64,000 nt of DNA, taken from assembly GCA_965247095.1 (NCBI GenBank), contig OZ251997.1, positions 2,496,001 to 2,560,000 on the forward strand, read 5' to 3'. The stretch is from Candidatus Multivorans sp. (GTDB lineage Bacteria > Acidobacteriota > Thermoanaerobaculia > Multivoradales > Multivoraceae). The notes beneath the pieces are model-generated. The model made no database searches, was not told the origin of the DNA, and saw only the letters and a list, made by a program, of their open reading frames with translations. This document shows positions 53,435-63,873 of the stretch, piece by piece (positions within the stretch are counted from its first letter, which is position 1; each line of letters opens with the position of its first letter). Both the position numbers and the translations under genes were made by a program.

Positions 53435-54094
53435 ATGGCGCCACGCATCGCATTCGATCTGGACGGCGTTCTCGCGGACTTCTCCGCCGCCTATGGCCGG
53501 ATCGCGGATCGCCTGTTCCCCGAATCGCTTCAAGCGGAGAACGAGGAGGCGGCGCCAGCCCCCGAGCTGTCGTCGCGCCGCCGAAATCGTGTCTGGAAGA
53601 CAATCCGCTCGACGCCGGACTTCTGGCTGACCCTCGACCCGATCGATCCTGCCGTCGTTCCGCTACTCAATGAGCGCGCGGTCAATGGGCGGTGGGAGCT
53701 GTTCTTCGTCACGCAGCGTCCGGCCACCGCCGGCGATACCGTGCAGCGGCAGACGCAGCTCTGGCTCGCGGAGCACGGATTCGCGCTGCCGAGCGTCATC
53801 GTGCACGAAGGTTCCCGGGGCGCTCTGGCCGCCGCCCTGGAGCTGGACGCCCTGGTCGACGACACCGTGGAGCACTGCGTCGACGTCATCAGCCAATCGT
53901 CCGCAAGGACGATTCTGGTGGCGCCGGAAACGGACGAGGCGACCGAGGCGAACGCCAGGCGGCTGGGCATCGAGCTGTGCGGCGGTCCAGCCGCCAGCGT
54001 CGACCTCCTGGACGCGGCGATGGAGCGGCAGGCCACCGGGTTCTTTCGCCGGGCACGCCGTGCCGCGGCCGGTTGGCGCCAGCGGCGGCGTTAG
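53435..54094 (+). CDS. HAD-superfamily 5'(3')-nucleotidase-like protein
   Basis: IAFDLDGVLADF, FVTQR, LVDD. Confidence 0.7.
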   Translation: MAPRIAFDLDGVLADFSAAYGRIADRLFPESLQAENEEAAPAPELSSRRRNRVWKTIRSTPDFWLTLDPIDPAVVPLLNERAVNGRWELFFVTQRPATAGDTVQRQTQLWLAEHGFALPSVIVHEGSRGALAAALELDALVDDTVEHCVDVISQSSARTILVAPETDEATEANARRLGIELCGGPAASVDLLDAAMERQATGFFRRARRAAAGWRQRRR

Positions 54095-54136
54095 CGCCGC
54101 GACGCGGTCCGCTCCGGGTTGCCTGGCCTTGCCCGG

Positions 54137-55483
54137 TCAGATGCGGAAGACGTGGCCGGCCTTCACGCCGGCGAGCGCGTTGCGCGTGTCCAGGACGAGC
54201 GGCGCGCGCTCGACGATCCCGTCGTAGTCGACGTCCTCGTGGTGGGTCGTGATCACGAGGCAGTCGACGCCGGCGTCCAGCGCTTCGTCGAGAGGCACGT
54301 GCGGCAGAGGAACTCCGTCCGTCTCGACTTCCGGCACGAACGGGTCGCTGTAGGTGACGGCAGCGCCCTGGTCCGTGAGCAGTTGGGCGACTGCCAGCGC
54401 CGGCGAGTTCCGGACGTCGCTCACGCCCGGCTTGTAGGCAACGCCGGAGAGGTGGATTCGGGCACCGTCGGTGACTCTCGAACGCGTGTCGAGCACCTCC
54501 GCGACCCGCCGCGCGACGTAGCCTGGCATGTTGGCGTTGATGTCGGCGGCCAACTCGATGAAGCGGCTCTCGAAGCCGCTCTGGCGGGCGCCCCAGGCCA
54601 GATAGTGCGGGTCGACGGGTATGCAGTGGCCGCCGAGCCCGGGTCCGGGCTGGAAGGACATGAAACCGAAGGGCTTCGTCGCGGCCGCCTCCACGACTTC
54701 CCAAACGTCGACGTCGAGGCTCCGGCAGATCAGGGCGAACTCGTTCGCGAGGCCGATGTTGACCGAGCGGAACGTGTTCTCGAGCAGCTTGACCGTCTCG
54801 GCGACGCGCGTCGACGACACGGGTACCACGACTTCGACGATCTGTTCGTAGAGGGTCGTCGCCAAGCGCGTCGACTCGGAATCCAGACCGCCGACGATGC
54901 GCGGAATGGAGCTGGTCGCCCAGTCCCGGTTGCCCGGGTCGAGCCGCTCTGGGGAGAAGGCGAGGAAGAAATCGCGGCCGGCACGCAGTCCGCCGGCCTC
55001 GAGCCGAGGCCTCACGAACTTCTCGACGGTACCGGGCCAGGTCGTCGACTCGAGGACGACCAGTTGGCCGGGGCGAAGGCATCGCGCCACTTCCTTCACG
55101 GCGGCGGCCACGTGCGACAGGTCCGGGTCCCGGGTCTTGTCCAGCGGCGTGGGAACGCAGATGCTGATCGTGTCGATGTCGGCGAGCACGCTGAAGTCGG
55201 TGGTCGCGCTGAGCTGGCCGTCGGCGATCAGGGCCCGGACCGCCGCGTCGGGGATGTCGGCGACGTGCGACTCGCCGCTGCCCAGGCGTTCGACCTTGTC
55301 CCGGTCGATGTCGATGCCCACCGCTTCGAACCCGGCCTCGGCCAGCGACACGAGCAGCGGCAGGCCGACGTATCCGAGGCCGATGACTCCGGCACGGGTC
55401 CGGCGGGCGCCGATCGCCGCTTGCAGTTCCTCCACCGACGGCGGCCGCGCACGCGGACGTTCGGCGTACCTGGATATGGACAT
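54137..55483 (-). CDS. Nucleotide-sugar dehydrogenase (UDP-GlcNAc 6-dehydrogenase, WbpA/TviB-like)
   Basis: GLGYVGLP, CVPTP, ESTT, SPER, KLLEN, GGHCIPVDP. Confidence 0.92.
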   Translation of the reverse strand: MSISRYAERPRARPPSVEELQAAIGARRTRAGVIGLGYVGLPLLVSLAEAGFEAVGIDIDRDKVERLGSGESHVADIPDAAVRALIADGQLSATTDFSVLADIDTISICVPTPLDKTRDPDLSHVAAAVKEVARCLRPGQLVVLESTTWPGTVEKFVRPRLEAGGLRAGRDFFLAFSPERLDPGNRDWATSSIPRIVGGLDSESTRLATTLYEQIVEVVVPVSSTRVAETVKLLENTFRSVNIGLANEFALICRSLDVDVWEVVEAAATKPFGFMSFQPGPGLGGHCIPVDPHYLAWGARQSGFESRFIELAADINANMPGYVARRVAEVLDTRSRVTDGARIHLSGVAYKPGVSDVRNSPALAVAQLLTDQGAAVTYSDPFVPEVETDGVPLPHVPLDEALDAGVDCLVITTHHEDVDYDGIVERAPLVLDTRNALAGVKAGHVFRI

Positions 55484-55697
55484 TCTTCGATCTCCTGATC
55501 CCGTGTAGTGGTTCAGGCAGATGTGAGACGTAAGGGTTTGCAATGAGATAGGGAAATCTCAAAGCTACGGTACAGTACAGGAACTCGACACAAATCGTCC
55601 CTGCCTTGGCTCGTCCACGCACGCACCCGCGCCGTGTGCGACAATGGGCCTCCACAATCGGCAGGTCGCCGCCGGCGCGGAGAGAACAGGATCAACC

Positions 55698-56885
55698 ATG
55701 TGCGGCATCGCCGGGCACTTCGCGTGGCGCTCCGACGCACCTCCGGTCGACCGCGAGGCCCTGGCCCGGACGTGCGATGGGATGGCGACCCGAGGACCCG
55801 ACGGCGAGGGCCTCTGGCTGGATGCGCCGCGGCGGGTCGGCCTGGCACACCGGCGGCTGGCGATCATCGATCCCTCCGCGGACGGGGCGCAGCCGATGGC
55901 CTTCGACGGGGGCCGGCTTGTCATCTCCTTCAACGGCGAGATCTACAACTTCCAGAGCCTGCGCCGGTCGCTTGCGGCGGCGGGGCGCCGCTTCCGCACC
56001 GCCTCCGATACCGAGGTACTGCTGCATCTCTACGATCGCGAAGGACCCGCGATGGTTGGCAAGTTGCGGGGCATGTTCGCGTTGGCGATATGGGATGAGG
56101 CGCGCCGGGGGCTCTTCCTGGCCCGCGACGGCTTCGGCATCAAGCCCCTGTACTACGCGGACACCGGCGGCGTGCTGCGGTTTGCGTCGCAGGTCAAGGC
56201 CCTTTTCGCTGGCGGCGGCATCGACACGGCGTCTTCCGCCCCCGGCCGGGCAGGCTTCTTCGTCTGGGGTTGCGTTCCGGAGCCGTGGACGTTCTTCGAG
56301 CACATCCGGTGCCTGCCCGCCGGCTGCTCGCTCTGGATCGACGGCGCCGGCGCCCGTGCGCCGGCGCCACACTTCGACATCGTTGCGGAGCTCGAACGCG
56401 CCGAGGAGGCGCCGGCCCCGGCCGATCCCGATGCGCTGCTCGCCGCGGTCCGGGACACGGTGCGGCAGCACTTGGTCGCGGACGTTCCGGTCGGCGTGTT
56501 CCTGTCCGCCGGCCGGGATTCGGCGACGGTCGCCGCTCACGCCGCGAACGTCGCGCCGGACCCGGTGCGCGCCGTCACCCTCGCCTTCGACGAGTTCGCC
56601 GGCGGCCGGAACGACGAGGCGCCGCTTGCCCGCGAGGTGGCGGCCCGGTATCGGCTGCCGCACCAGGTCAGGCGCGTCGCCGAGCGGGACTTTCGCGACG
56701 CCCGCGACGACCTGCGGCGGGCCGGGGCCCTGGTGGACACGTTCTTCTTCCGGCGGATCGCGCCTCTGCTCGTCGGGAAGCGCCCGGCGGGCAAGCGCGA
56801 GTTGCCGGCGACGCCGGCCGGGCCCGCGCCGGCCCGCGCGATGCGGGCCTGGGCGCGCCACGTCGCCGGCGAGTGCTACGCATGA
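55698..56885 (+). CDS. Asparagine synthase-like amidotransferase, apparently internally deleted
   Basis: MCGIAG, RGPD, HRRLAIID, FNGEIYN, ARD..GIKPLYY, LSAGRDS; only ~395 aa. Confidence 0.8.
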   Translation: MCGIAGHFAWRSDAPPVDREALARTCDGMATRGPDGEGLWLDAPRRVGLAHRRLAIIDPSADGAQPMAFDGGRLVISFNGEIYNFQSLRRSLAAAGRRFRTASDTEVLLHLYDREGPAMVGKLRGMFALAIWDEARRGLFLARDGFGIKPLYYADTGGVLRFASQVKALFAGGGIDTASSAPGRAGFFVWGCVPEPWTFFEHIRCLPAGCSLWIDGAGARAPAPHFDIVAELERAEEAPAPADPDALLAAVRDTVRQHLVADVPVGVFLSAGRDSATVAAHAANVAPDPVRAVTLAFDEFAGGRNDEAPLAREVAARYRLPHQVRRVAERDFRDARDDLRRAGALVDTFFFRRIAPLLVGKRPAGKRELPATPAGPAPARAMRAWARHVAGECYA

Positions 56886-58108
56886 CGGCCGCCCGGGCCT
56901 CAGGCGGGCCGGAAGCCCCGCGCACGGACAGCGGAGGGGACCTGGCCGGCGGCGTCGCTGCGCCGGTGCGGCAGGCGGCGCCCGACCTGCGCGACGTCCT
57001 CTATCTCTTTCCCCTGCTCTTCGGCGCGCCCGGCGGCATTCAGACCGTCTGCCGGGACATCCTGCGAGCGATGGTGCAGGGCTGGCCGTCCGCACGCCAT
57101 CGGGTGCTGCTGTACCACGACCGGGAGGTTCCCGCCTGGGCCGACGAAGCGTACGGCGATGCCCGCCTCCTGCCGTGCGGAACGGCGCGCGGCGCGAGCC
57201 GCCTCCGTTACGCCCATGCCTTCGCCCGGGCCCTGATGCGGCGACGCCCCGGCCTGGTCGTGGCCGGCCATGCCGGTCTGGCGCCGCTCGCCGGCCTGTC
57301 GAAGCGCCTGCTCGGCGTGCCCTACGTCGTCTGGCTCTACGGCATCGAGATCCGCCGGCTCCGCGGGCGCTCCCGATTGGCCGCCCTGCGGCAGGCGGAT
57401 CGCCTGGTGACGGTCAGCCGGCACACCCGGCGCGAACTGGACGCCGTCGCGCCGGCGGCGAGTTTGCGGTCCGTAATCTTGCCGAACGCCGTCCATGATC
57501 GTTTCCGCCCCGGCGGCGGCGCCGCGGTGCGCCGGCGGCTCGGCCTCGACCAGGAGCCGGTGCTGCTGACGGTCGCCCGTTACGACGCCGCCCAGGGCCA
57601 CAAGGGGTACGACCTCGTCGTGCGCGCGCTGCCCGCCATCCTCGTCCGGTGCCCGGACACGCGCTACGTGCTCGTGGGCCAGGGCGACGACTTGCCGCGC
57701 GTGCGGGCCCTGGCCCGCGGTCTCGGCGTGGACCACGCCGTGGTCTGCGCCGGCGCGGTGCCCGACGAGGAGTTGCCGGCCTGGTACGACGCCTGCGACC
57801 TCTTCGTCATGCCGAGCCGGGGCGAGGGCTTCGGCCTCGTGTACATCGAGGCGCTGGCGTGCGGCAAGCCGGTCATCGCGGGCGACCGGGACGGTGGAAG
57901 GGACGCGCTGCTGGACGGACGCCTCGGGATGATGGTCGACCCGGACGACGCCGACCGGCTGGCCGAGGCCGTCCTGGAGTTCCTCACCGGTCGGGCCCCC
58001 GCCGAGCTGACCGATCCGGTGCGACTGCGCCGGGAGTGCCTGCGGCATTTCGGCTTCGCCGCCTTCGAGGAGCGGATCCGGGACCTCGTCGCCGGGCTGG
58101 AGGCGTGA
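56882..58108 (+). CDS. Glycosyltransferase family 4
   Basis: GGIQ, HKG, EGFGLVYIEALACGKP. Confidence 0.9.
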   Translation: MTAARASGGPEAPRTDSGGDLAGGVAAPVRQAAPDLRDVLYLFPLLFGAPGGIQTVCRDILRAMVQGWPSARHRVLLYHDREVPAWADEAYGDARLLPCGTARGASRLRYAHAFARALMRRRPGLVVAGHAGLAPLAGLSKRLLGVPYVVWLYGIEIRRLRGRSRLAALRQADRLVTVSRHTRRELDAVAPAASLRSVILPNAVHDRFRPGGGAAVRRRLGLDQEPVLLTVARYDAAQGHKGYDLVVRALPAILVRCPDTRYVLVGQGDDLPRVRALARGLGVDHAVVCAGAVPDEELPAWYDACDLFVMPSRGEGFGLVYIEALACGKPVIAGDRDGGRDALLDGRLGMMVDPDDADRLAEAVLEFLTGRAPAELTDPVRLRRECLRHFGFAAFEERIRDLVAGLEA

Positions 58109-58109
58109 C

Positions 58110-58982
58110 GTGCGCCCGCGGGACTGGCTGTTCGACCGGTTGATCGGCCGCCTCGGCGATCTCGTGGGCCGGGCCAACCTGGTGCGGACGGGCGCCTGGC
58201 TCAGCCGGGCCGGCCGACTCGACGCGCCGGACGCGCTGGACCGCAACGGCGAACGCCTGGTTCAGCGGACCGTGGCGCGCCATGCCGGCGAGCTGGCGAC
58301 CGTCGTCGACTGCGGCGCCCACACCGGCGAATGGTCCGCCGCTCTGCTCACGGCGTTCCGGCGGCATGGGACCGCCGGGGCGCTCCGTCTGCACTGCTTC
58401 GAGCCGTCGGCGCCGACGTTCGAAGCGCTGAGCGGGAACCTGGCGCCGCGCGCCGGCGACCGGGCGTCGATCCATCTCGTTCGCCAGGCACTTTCCGCGC
58501 GGAGCGGCGAGGCGAAGCTGCACGTCGTCCACGAGGCGGCCGGGACCAACTCGCTGGCGCCGGACGCCGCCGGCAGCGCCGCCGGCATCGCCGCCACGGA
58601 GGACGTCGAAACGACGACGCTGGCGGCTTACGCGCGGGAGCGCGGCATCGCCAGGATCGACCTGCTGAAGATCGACGTCGAGGGACACGACGTCGACGTG
58701 CTCCAGGGCGCTGCCGAACTCATCGAGGCGGGCGCCATCGACGTGATTCAGTTCGAATACAACCAGCGCTGGATCTCCGCTGGACGCCTCTTGCGGGATG
58801 CCTTCCGATTGCTGGCGGCGGCCGGCTACGCGATCGGAAAGGTGACGCCCCGGGGCATCCAGTGGCAGCCGGAGTACGACTGGCGGATCGAATCGTTCGT
58901 CCAGGGCAACTGGGTCGCCTGTCTGCTCCATCGAGTCGAGCAGTTCCCCCGCGCGCCCGACTGGCTCAGCGGCGCGGAGTGA
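58110..58982 (+). CDS. FkbM-family methyltransferase
   Basis: VDCGAHTG, FEP, LKIDVEG, IQFEY. Confidence 0.88.
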   Translation: MRPRDWLFDRLIGRLGDLVGRANLVRTGAWLSRAGRLDAPDALDRNGERLVQRTVARHAGELATVVDCGAHTGEWSAALLTAFRRHGTAGALRLHCFEPSAPTFEALSGNLAPRAGDRASIHLVRQALSARSGEAKLHVVHEAAGTNSLAPDAAGSAAGIAATEDVETTTLAAYARERGIARIDLLKIDVEGHDVDVLQGAAELIEAGAIDVIQFEYNQRWISAGRLLRDAFRLLAAAGYAIGKVTPRGIQWQPEYDWRIESFVQGNWVACLLHRVEQFPRAPDWLSGAE

Positions 58983-58990
58983 GGAACCCG

Positions 58991-60286
58991 ATGCGGGTTC
59001 TCTTGAGGCGTGCCGGCCTGTCCGCCGCCAGCCTGCGCCGCTACGGCCGGGATCTGGGGGTCGTGGTCGCCGGCCGCGGCCTGACCGCGCTGGGTGCCCT
59101 CATCGGCGTGCGGATCCTGACCGAGGCCGTCCCGCCCGCCGCCTTCGGCCGCTACAAGCTGGCGCTCGCCGCGCTCTCGCTGTTGGCCGCGGTGCTGGTG
59201 CGACCGTTCATCCAGTACGCGATGCGCGCGTACCATGCCGCCGCGGCGGCCGGCGCCGCGGAGGCGTTTCTTGCGAGTTCGCGCCGCTGGCTCAGGCGGT
59301 ACGTCGGCGTGCTGAGCGTGGCGGCGGCGGCGGCCGGCTACCTGCTGGCCATCGGCGGGCAGCGGCTGTCGTTGGCCGAGCTGGCTGGCGTGGTCGCGAT
59401 CCTGGCGCTGCAGGCGTTGGTCGACTACGACCGGTCGCTCTCCGTCACCCGCGCCCGGCAGCGCGATGCGGAGGCAATCAGCGTTGCGATGCGCTGGTCG
59501 ATTCCGTTCGCTGTCGCGGCGCTCGTTCGCTTCGACCGGTCGCTATGGACGATCCTGCTCGCCCATGCCGGCGCCTTGGCCGTGATCGTCGCGGTCCGGC
59601 GGCTGCGCACTACGCCGGCGCGTGGCGAGACCGCGCCGGCGGGCGCCCACGCCGGTGCCGTGTCGACGGCGCGGGCCTGGCCGTTCGCGTGGCCGCTCAT
59701 GGTCGCCGGCTGCCTGGGATGGCTGCTGCACGAGAGCGATCGCTTCATCCTGAGCCACTACCACGGCGATCTGCAGGTCGGTCTCTACTCGGCCGCGTAC
59801 GCTCTCGTGTCGGCGCCGTTCACCATCATCGCCGGGATCGCCGCGCAGGTCATGTACCCGGCAGTGATGGCGGCCGGCGTCCGCCGCGAGGGTGCCTCGA
59901 CGCTGCCGGGGCCGATGCTGGCGGCAACGCTCCTCGTCGGCGCCGGCGGCGTGTCGGCGGTCTGGTTGTGGGGCGACCGGCTGGCCGCGTTGCTTCTGGC
60001 CGAGAGCTACCGCGACGGCGTCTCGAACCTGCTGCTCTGGATTGCCCTGGGGTACGCCTGCCTGGGCGTCTCGTATTCCTTCGACCTGGCGGCCCACGGG
60101 TCCGCGAAGACGAGGTACATGATGATCGCGTCCGGCGTCGCGGCGGCCGCGAACGTCGGGCTCAACCTGCTGCTCGTGCCCGCGGGCGGCGCCGAGGCCG
60201 CCGCCGTCGCCACCGCCGCGGCCCTGGTCCTGTACGCGGCGTCCATGGCGGCGCTTGTCGCCCGCGACGCCTGGCGTGGACGATGA
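58991..60286 (+). CDS. Polysaccharide flippase (Wzx-like)
   Basis: Multi-TM; DRFILSHY..VGLYSAAY, NVGLNLLLVP. Confidence 0.82.
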   Translation: MRVLLRRAGLSAASLRRYGRDLGVVVAGRGLTALGALIGVRILTEAVPPAAFGRYKLALAALSLLAAVLVRPFIQYAMRAYHAAAAAGAAEAFLASSRRWLRRYVGVLSVAAAAAGYLLAIGGQRLSLAELAGVVAILALQALVDYDRSLSVTRARQRDAEAISVAMRWSIPFAVAALVRFDRSLWTILLAHAGALAVIVAVRRLRTTPARGETAPAGAHAGAVSTARAWPFAWPLMVAGCLGWLLHESDRFILSHYHGDLQVGLYSAAYALVSAPFTIIAGIAAQVMYPAVMAAGVRREGASTLPGPMLAATLLVGAGGVSAVWLWGDRLAALLLAESYRDGVSNLLLWIALGYACLGVSYSFDLAAHGSAKTRYMMIASGVAAAANVGLNLLLVPAGGAEAAAVATAAALVLYAASMAALVARDAWRGR

Positions 60287-60363
60287 CCAGGCTCTCTGGA
60301 AGATCGCGGAGTTGGCTCGCGGCCGGGCGCGGCGGCCCGAGTGGGTCCGCGTAGACTGACAAG

Positions 60364-61959
60364 GTGATTCGCAACCTCGGTGCCCGCCCGAGCGCGGACG
60401 GCTACCGGCCGGTGCCCGCCGCGGCACGGCACCGGCTCGTCATCCCGGCGCTTCAGCTCGCGCACGTGGCGTGGTTCGGCTCGATGCTGAACGCGGGCTA
60501 CGACGCCTTCGCGCTTGCCGCCAGCGGCGTGGCGTCGGCGGCGCTGTACGCATGGTTCGTCGTCGCGGAGTACCGGTGGAACGGCTACCGGCCCACGCCG
60601 ATCCTGTTCTACCTCGGCGCCTCCGCCCTCCGGCTCGGCGCCGGCGCGCTGTTCCTGGTCGTCGCGATGGCCACCGAGGAAGAACGCTTCTTCACGCTCG
60701 GCCGCCAGGACGTATCGGGGTACCTCATGCAGGGGCACTGGCTGGCGCTGCTGGGAGACTGGTGCGTCGTCGCGGGCTACTTCCTGGTCGCCTCCCGGTT
60801 CCGGCCTCGCCCGCCCGTGGCGGCCGTGATCGCGCCCGGCCTGTGGCCGCGCGTGTGGGCGGCGGGTCTCGCCACCTCCGCCGCGAGCGGCGCGCTGCGC
60901 CTGTCTGAGCCCTGGCTCCCGTTGAGCGGACTGGGCAGGCTGACTTCCTTCATGACGGACTACGGCGTGGCGGGCGGCGTCTGCCTCATGTTCGTGGCTG
61001 CCCTGAACCTGGGCCAGGGACGGCCTTCCTGGCCGCGGGCCGGCGTCGCGGTCGTCTTTCTGGCGCTGGACCTGGTGGACGGGTTGTACTCGTACATGAA
61101 GTCCGACATCCTGGTTGCCGCGCTGCCGCTGGTGCTGGTGGCGACCGACCGGCGCGCGCGAAGGTGGCTGTCGGCACGCTTCTCCCGCCGGCGGGCGGTC
61201 GCCACGGTTGTGCTGGTAGCCCTCTTCTTCCTGTTCGTCGTCGGGACCTATTCGCCGCCCCACCGGGACGCGCTGTGGCAGGCGGGCGTCGGCGACGCGC
61301 GGCCGCTTCGCTACGACGTGCCGGTGGCGTCGTTCCTGGTCGACGCGCTGCGCAGCGCCGTGCCCGGCACCGAGGGATTCGCCGAGACGCACCGCTTTCC
61401 GAACGGCGCCTGGAGACTGATCGGACGCATGGCCCTCACCCCCTACATCGCCTGGGTGTATCGTGATGTGGAGAGGGCGGGTACCCTTGAAGAGAACTTC
61501 CTCGAGGAGCTCCTGGTGGCCGTCACGCCGCGCGTCGTCTGGCCGAACAAGCCGGAGATTTCGTTCGGGCGGGAGTTCACGGTGATCCTCGGGGAGGCCG
61601 GCAGTACCGACAGCGTGAGCAGTTCGACGGCCGTCACCCTGCAGGGCGCCTACTACTGGTGGGGCGGATACCCGGCGGTGGTGCTGGGATGCGCGCTCAC
61701 CGGCGCCGGCTTCGCACTCGCGTGGCTGCTGTTCCGGGATCAGTGGCTGCTGAACCCGGTGGCCGCCGTGGCCTGCCTCGCGCTGTGCCACGAGGGGTTC
61801 CGCTGGTTCGAGAGCGCGCTGCTCGGCAGCTTCCCCCTGTACCTCTACCTGTTCATCGTCTTCGTGCCGCTGCAGTACGCGGCGCGGCGGGTCCTGGGCT
61901 ATCGCCCCGCGCCCGCGCCCGCGCCCGCGACCGCCAGACTGCGGATGAGGCGGGTCTGA
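60364..61959 (+). CDS. Membrane protein, probable Wzy-like polymerase
   Basis: Multi-TM with periplasmic loop and PRVVWPNKP; lies inside the glycan cluster. Confidence 0.6.
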   Translation: MIRNLGARPSADGYRPVPAAARHRLVIPALQLAHVAWFGSMLNAGYDAFALAASGVASAALYAWFVVAEYRWNGYRPTPILFYLGASALRLGAGALFLVVAMATEEERFFTLGRQDVSGYLMQGHWLALLGDWCVVAGYFLVASRFRPRPPVAAVIAPGLWPRVWAAGLATSAASGALRLSEPWLPLSGLGRLTSFMTDYGVAGGVCLMFVAALNLGQGRPSWPRAGVAVVFLALDLVDGLYSYMKSDILVAALPLVLVATDRRARRWLSARFSRRRAVATVVLVALFFLFVVGTYSPPHRDALWQAGVGDARPLRYDVPVASFLVDALRSAVPGTEGFAETHRFPNGAWRLIGRMALTPYIAWVYRDVERAGTLEENFLEELLVAVTPRVVWPNKPEISFGREFTVILGEAGSTDSVSSSTAVTLQGAYYWWGGYPAVVLGCALTGAGFALAWLLFRDQWLLNPVAAVACLALCHEGFRWFESALLGSFPLYLYLFIVFVPLQYAARRVLGYRPAPAPAPATARLRMRRV

Positions 61960-63023
61960 ACGCGCTGCGCGTCGTCGTGACCGGCGAGAGCTGGCACGGC
62001 TCGGACTGCACCGGCCTCGCCCGGGGGTTCCGGGAGCTGGGCCACGCGGTGGAACTCGTCGGCTGGGACCGGTTCTTCCCCGCCGTCGACCGCTCCCTCG
62101 CCGCTCGCGGCGTCCGGCGGGCGCTGAGCCCGTTGTACCAGTCGCAGTTCAACCGCCGGGTGCGCGAGTCGGTCCGCCGCCTGCGGCCCGACCTCGTGGT
62201 GGTCTTCAAGGGCACAGCGGTCGCGCCGGCGACCCTGGCCGACGCCCGCCGGCGCGGCGTCTGGCTGTGCAATTTCTGGCCCGACGTTTCGACCGCCGGC
62301 CACTGGCGCGTGGACCAGCGCATCTTCCGCCTCTTCGACCACATCTTCACCACCAAGTCGTTCGGTGTCGCCGACCTCAAGGGCCGGCACGGCCTCACGA
62401 ACGTGTCGTTTCTGCCGCATGCCAGCGATCCGCCGGTCCACCGCCCGATCGCCTCCGACCGGCCCCTGACCGACGCGCCGGCCGTGTCGTTCCTGGGCCG
62501 GCAGTCGCCCCGCAAGGAAAGCCTGCTGGCGACCCTGGCGGACGCCATCGGGCCGGAGAGGCTGGCCGTCTGGGGGGACGGCTGGGATCGGGCCGAATCG
62601 GCCGCGCTGCGGCGCGCCGTCCGGGGCGGTTCCATCTTTGGCGACTTCTACGCGCTGGCGATTGGTGAATCGCGGATCAACCTCGGCTTGCTTTCGGAGA
62701 GAGTGCCCGGCGCGAGTTCGGGCGACCGCATCACCTCGCGCACCTTCCAGATTCCGGCCAGCGGCGGGTTCCTGTTGCACGAACGCACGACGGAGCTGGC
62801 CCACTACCTCGAGGAGGGGCGGGAAGTGGCCTGTTTCGGCGCGCCGGCCGAGCTGGTCGAGAAGGTCCACTACTATATGGAGAACGAACCGGAGCGCGTC
62901 CGCATCGCCGAGGCCGGGCAAGAGCGCTGCGTGCGCGAGAACCGCTGGTCGCAGCGGGCAAGGGTCATTGTCGAGAAGTTCCAGGCCGCGTCGCGGCCGA
63001 CCGGGCCGGCGCCGACCTCCTGA
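61956..63023 (+). CDS. CgeB-like glycosyltransferase (start uncertain)
   Basis: FWPD, FLPHA, SRINL, RTFQIPASGGFLL, RIAEAG. Confidence 0.8.
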   Translation: MNALRVVVTGESWHGSDCTGLARGFRELGHAVELVGWDRFFPAVDRSLAARGVRRALSPLYQSQFNRRVRESVRRLRPDLVVVFKGTAVAPATLADARRRGVWLCNFWPDVSTAGHWRVDQRIFRLFDHIFTTKSFGVADLKGRHGLTNVSFLPHASDPPVHRPIASDRPLTDAPAVSFLGRQSPRKESLLATLADAIGPERLAVWGDGWDRAESAALRRAVRGGSIFGDFYALAIGESRINLGLLSERVPGASSGDRITSRTFQIPASGGFLLHERTTELAHYLEEGREVACFGAPAELVEKVHYYMENEPERVRIAEAGQERCVRENRWSQRARVIVEKFQAASRPTGPAPTS

Positions 63024-63042
63024 TCCGTGGCGGCGGGACGCG

Positions 63043-63792
63043 ATGAACCAGCACGGGACCGATTACCGCGCCGCGATCTACCCTGACTACACACAGGTGG
63101 CCGGGGGAGCGGCCGCGTTCGACCGCGCGGCGGCCGACCGTTGGGCGCCGTGTCTCGACTACTACCTCCGCGGCTGGCTGCCCGGCCGCCGGGATGCGCG
63201 CATCGTGGACTTGGGATGCGGCGACGGGCGCTTGCTGTACCTACTGTCGAAGCGGGGGTACGGCCACCTGACCGGCGTGGACGTGAGCGAATCGCAAACA
63301 CGGGTCGCCCGGCAAGTCGCCCATCCGGTGTTGACCATGGACGCGGTCGAGTGGCTGAGCCGGTGCGCCGAACCTCTCGATCTCCTGCTGGCCATCGACC
63401 TCATCGAGCACCTCACCAAGAGCGAGGCGCTGGAGTTCATCGCGCTCTGCGCGTCCCGCCTGCGTCCCGGCGGCCGGCTGATACTCCAGACTCCGAACGC
63501 GGCCAGCCCCTTCGTCGGCGCGGTACGCCACGGCGACATCACGCACGAGCAGTGCTTTACGCCGTCGTTGCTGACGGCGCTGTTGGAGCGGGAAGGCCTG
63601 ACCCGAGTCGAGACGCGCGAGGCCTGCCCGGTGCCGTGGACGTACAGCTTTCCCTCCACCGTGCGCTACGGCTGCTGGCGGATCGTTCGCGGCGCGTTCG
63701 CCCTGCTGAACCTGGTCGAGACGGGCAGCGCCGGCGGCGGCGTGCTGACGCGGGTCTTCCTGGCCTCCGCCGTCAAGCCGGACCTGGCGTAG
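63043..63792 (+). CDS. Class I SAM-dependent methyltransferase
   Basis: VDLGCGDG, GVD, IEHL, PGG..QTPN, DITH. Confidence 0.88.
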   Translation: MNQHGTDYRAAIYPDYTQVAGGAAAFDRAAADRWAPCLDYYLRGWLPGRRDARIVDLGCGDGRLLYLLSKRGYGHLTGVDVSESQTRVARQVAHPVLTMDAVEWLSRCAEPLDLLLAIDLIEHLTKSEALEFIALCASRLRPGGRLILQTPNAASPFVGAVRHGDITHEQCFTPSLLTALLEREGLTRVETREACPVPWTYSFPSTVRYGCWRIVRGAFALLNLVETGSAGGGVLTRVFLASAVKPDLA

Positions 63793-63827
63793 CGCCAGGA
63801 CCATTCCAGGGTCCGACGCTTCGCCTC

Positions 63828-63857
63828 GGATGCGGGCAGGATGCCCGCGTTCCCAGG
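63828..63857 (+). repeat. REP-like palindrome copy between convergent genes
   Basis: GGATGCGGGCAGGATGCCCGCGTTCCCAGG, identical to the core at 7545. Confidence 0.85.
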
Positions 63858-63873
63858 TTCGGAGAGCGGGCCG

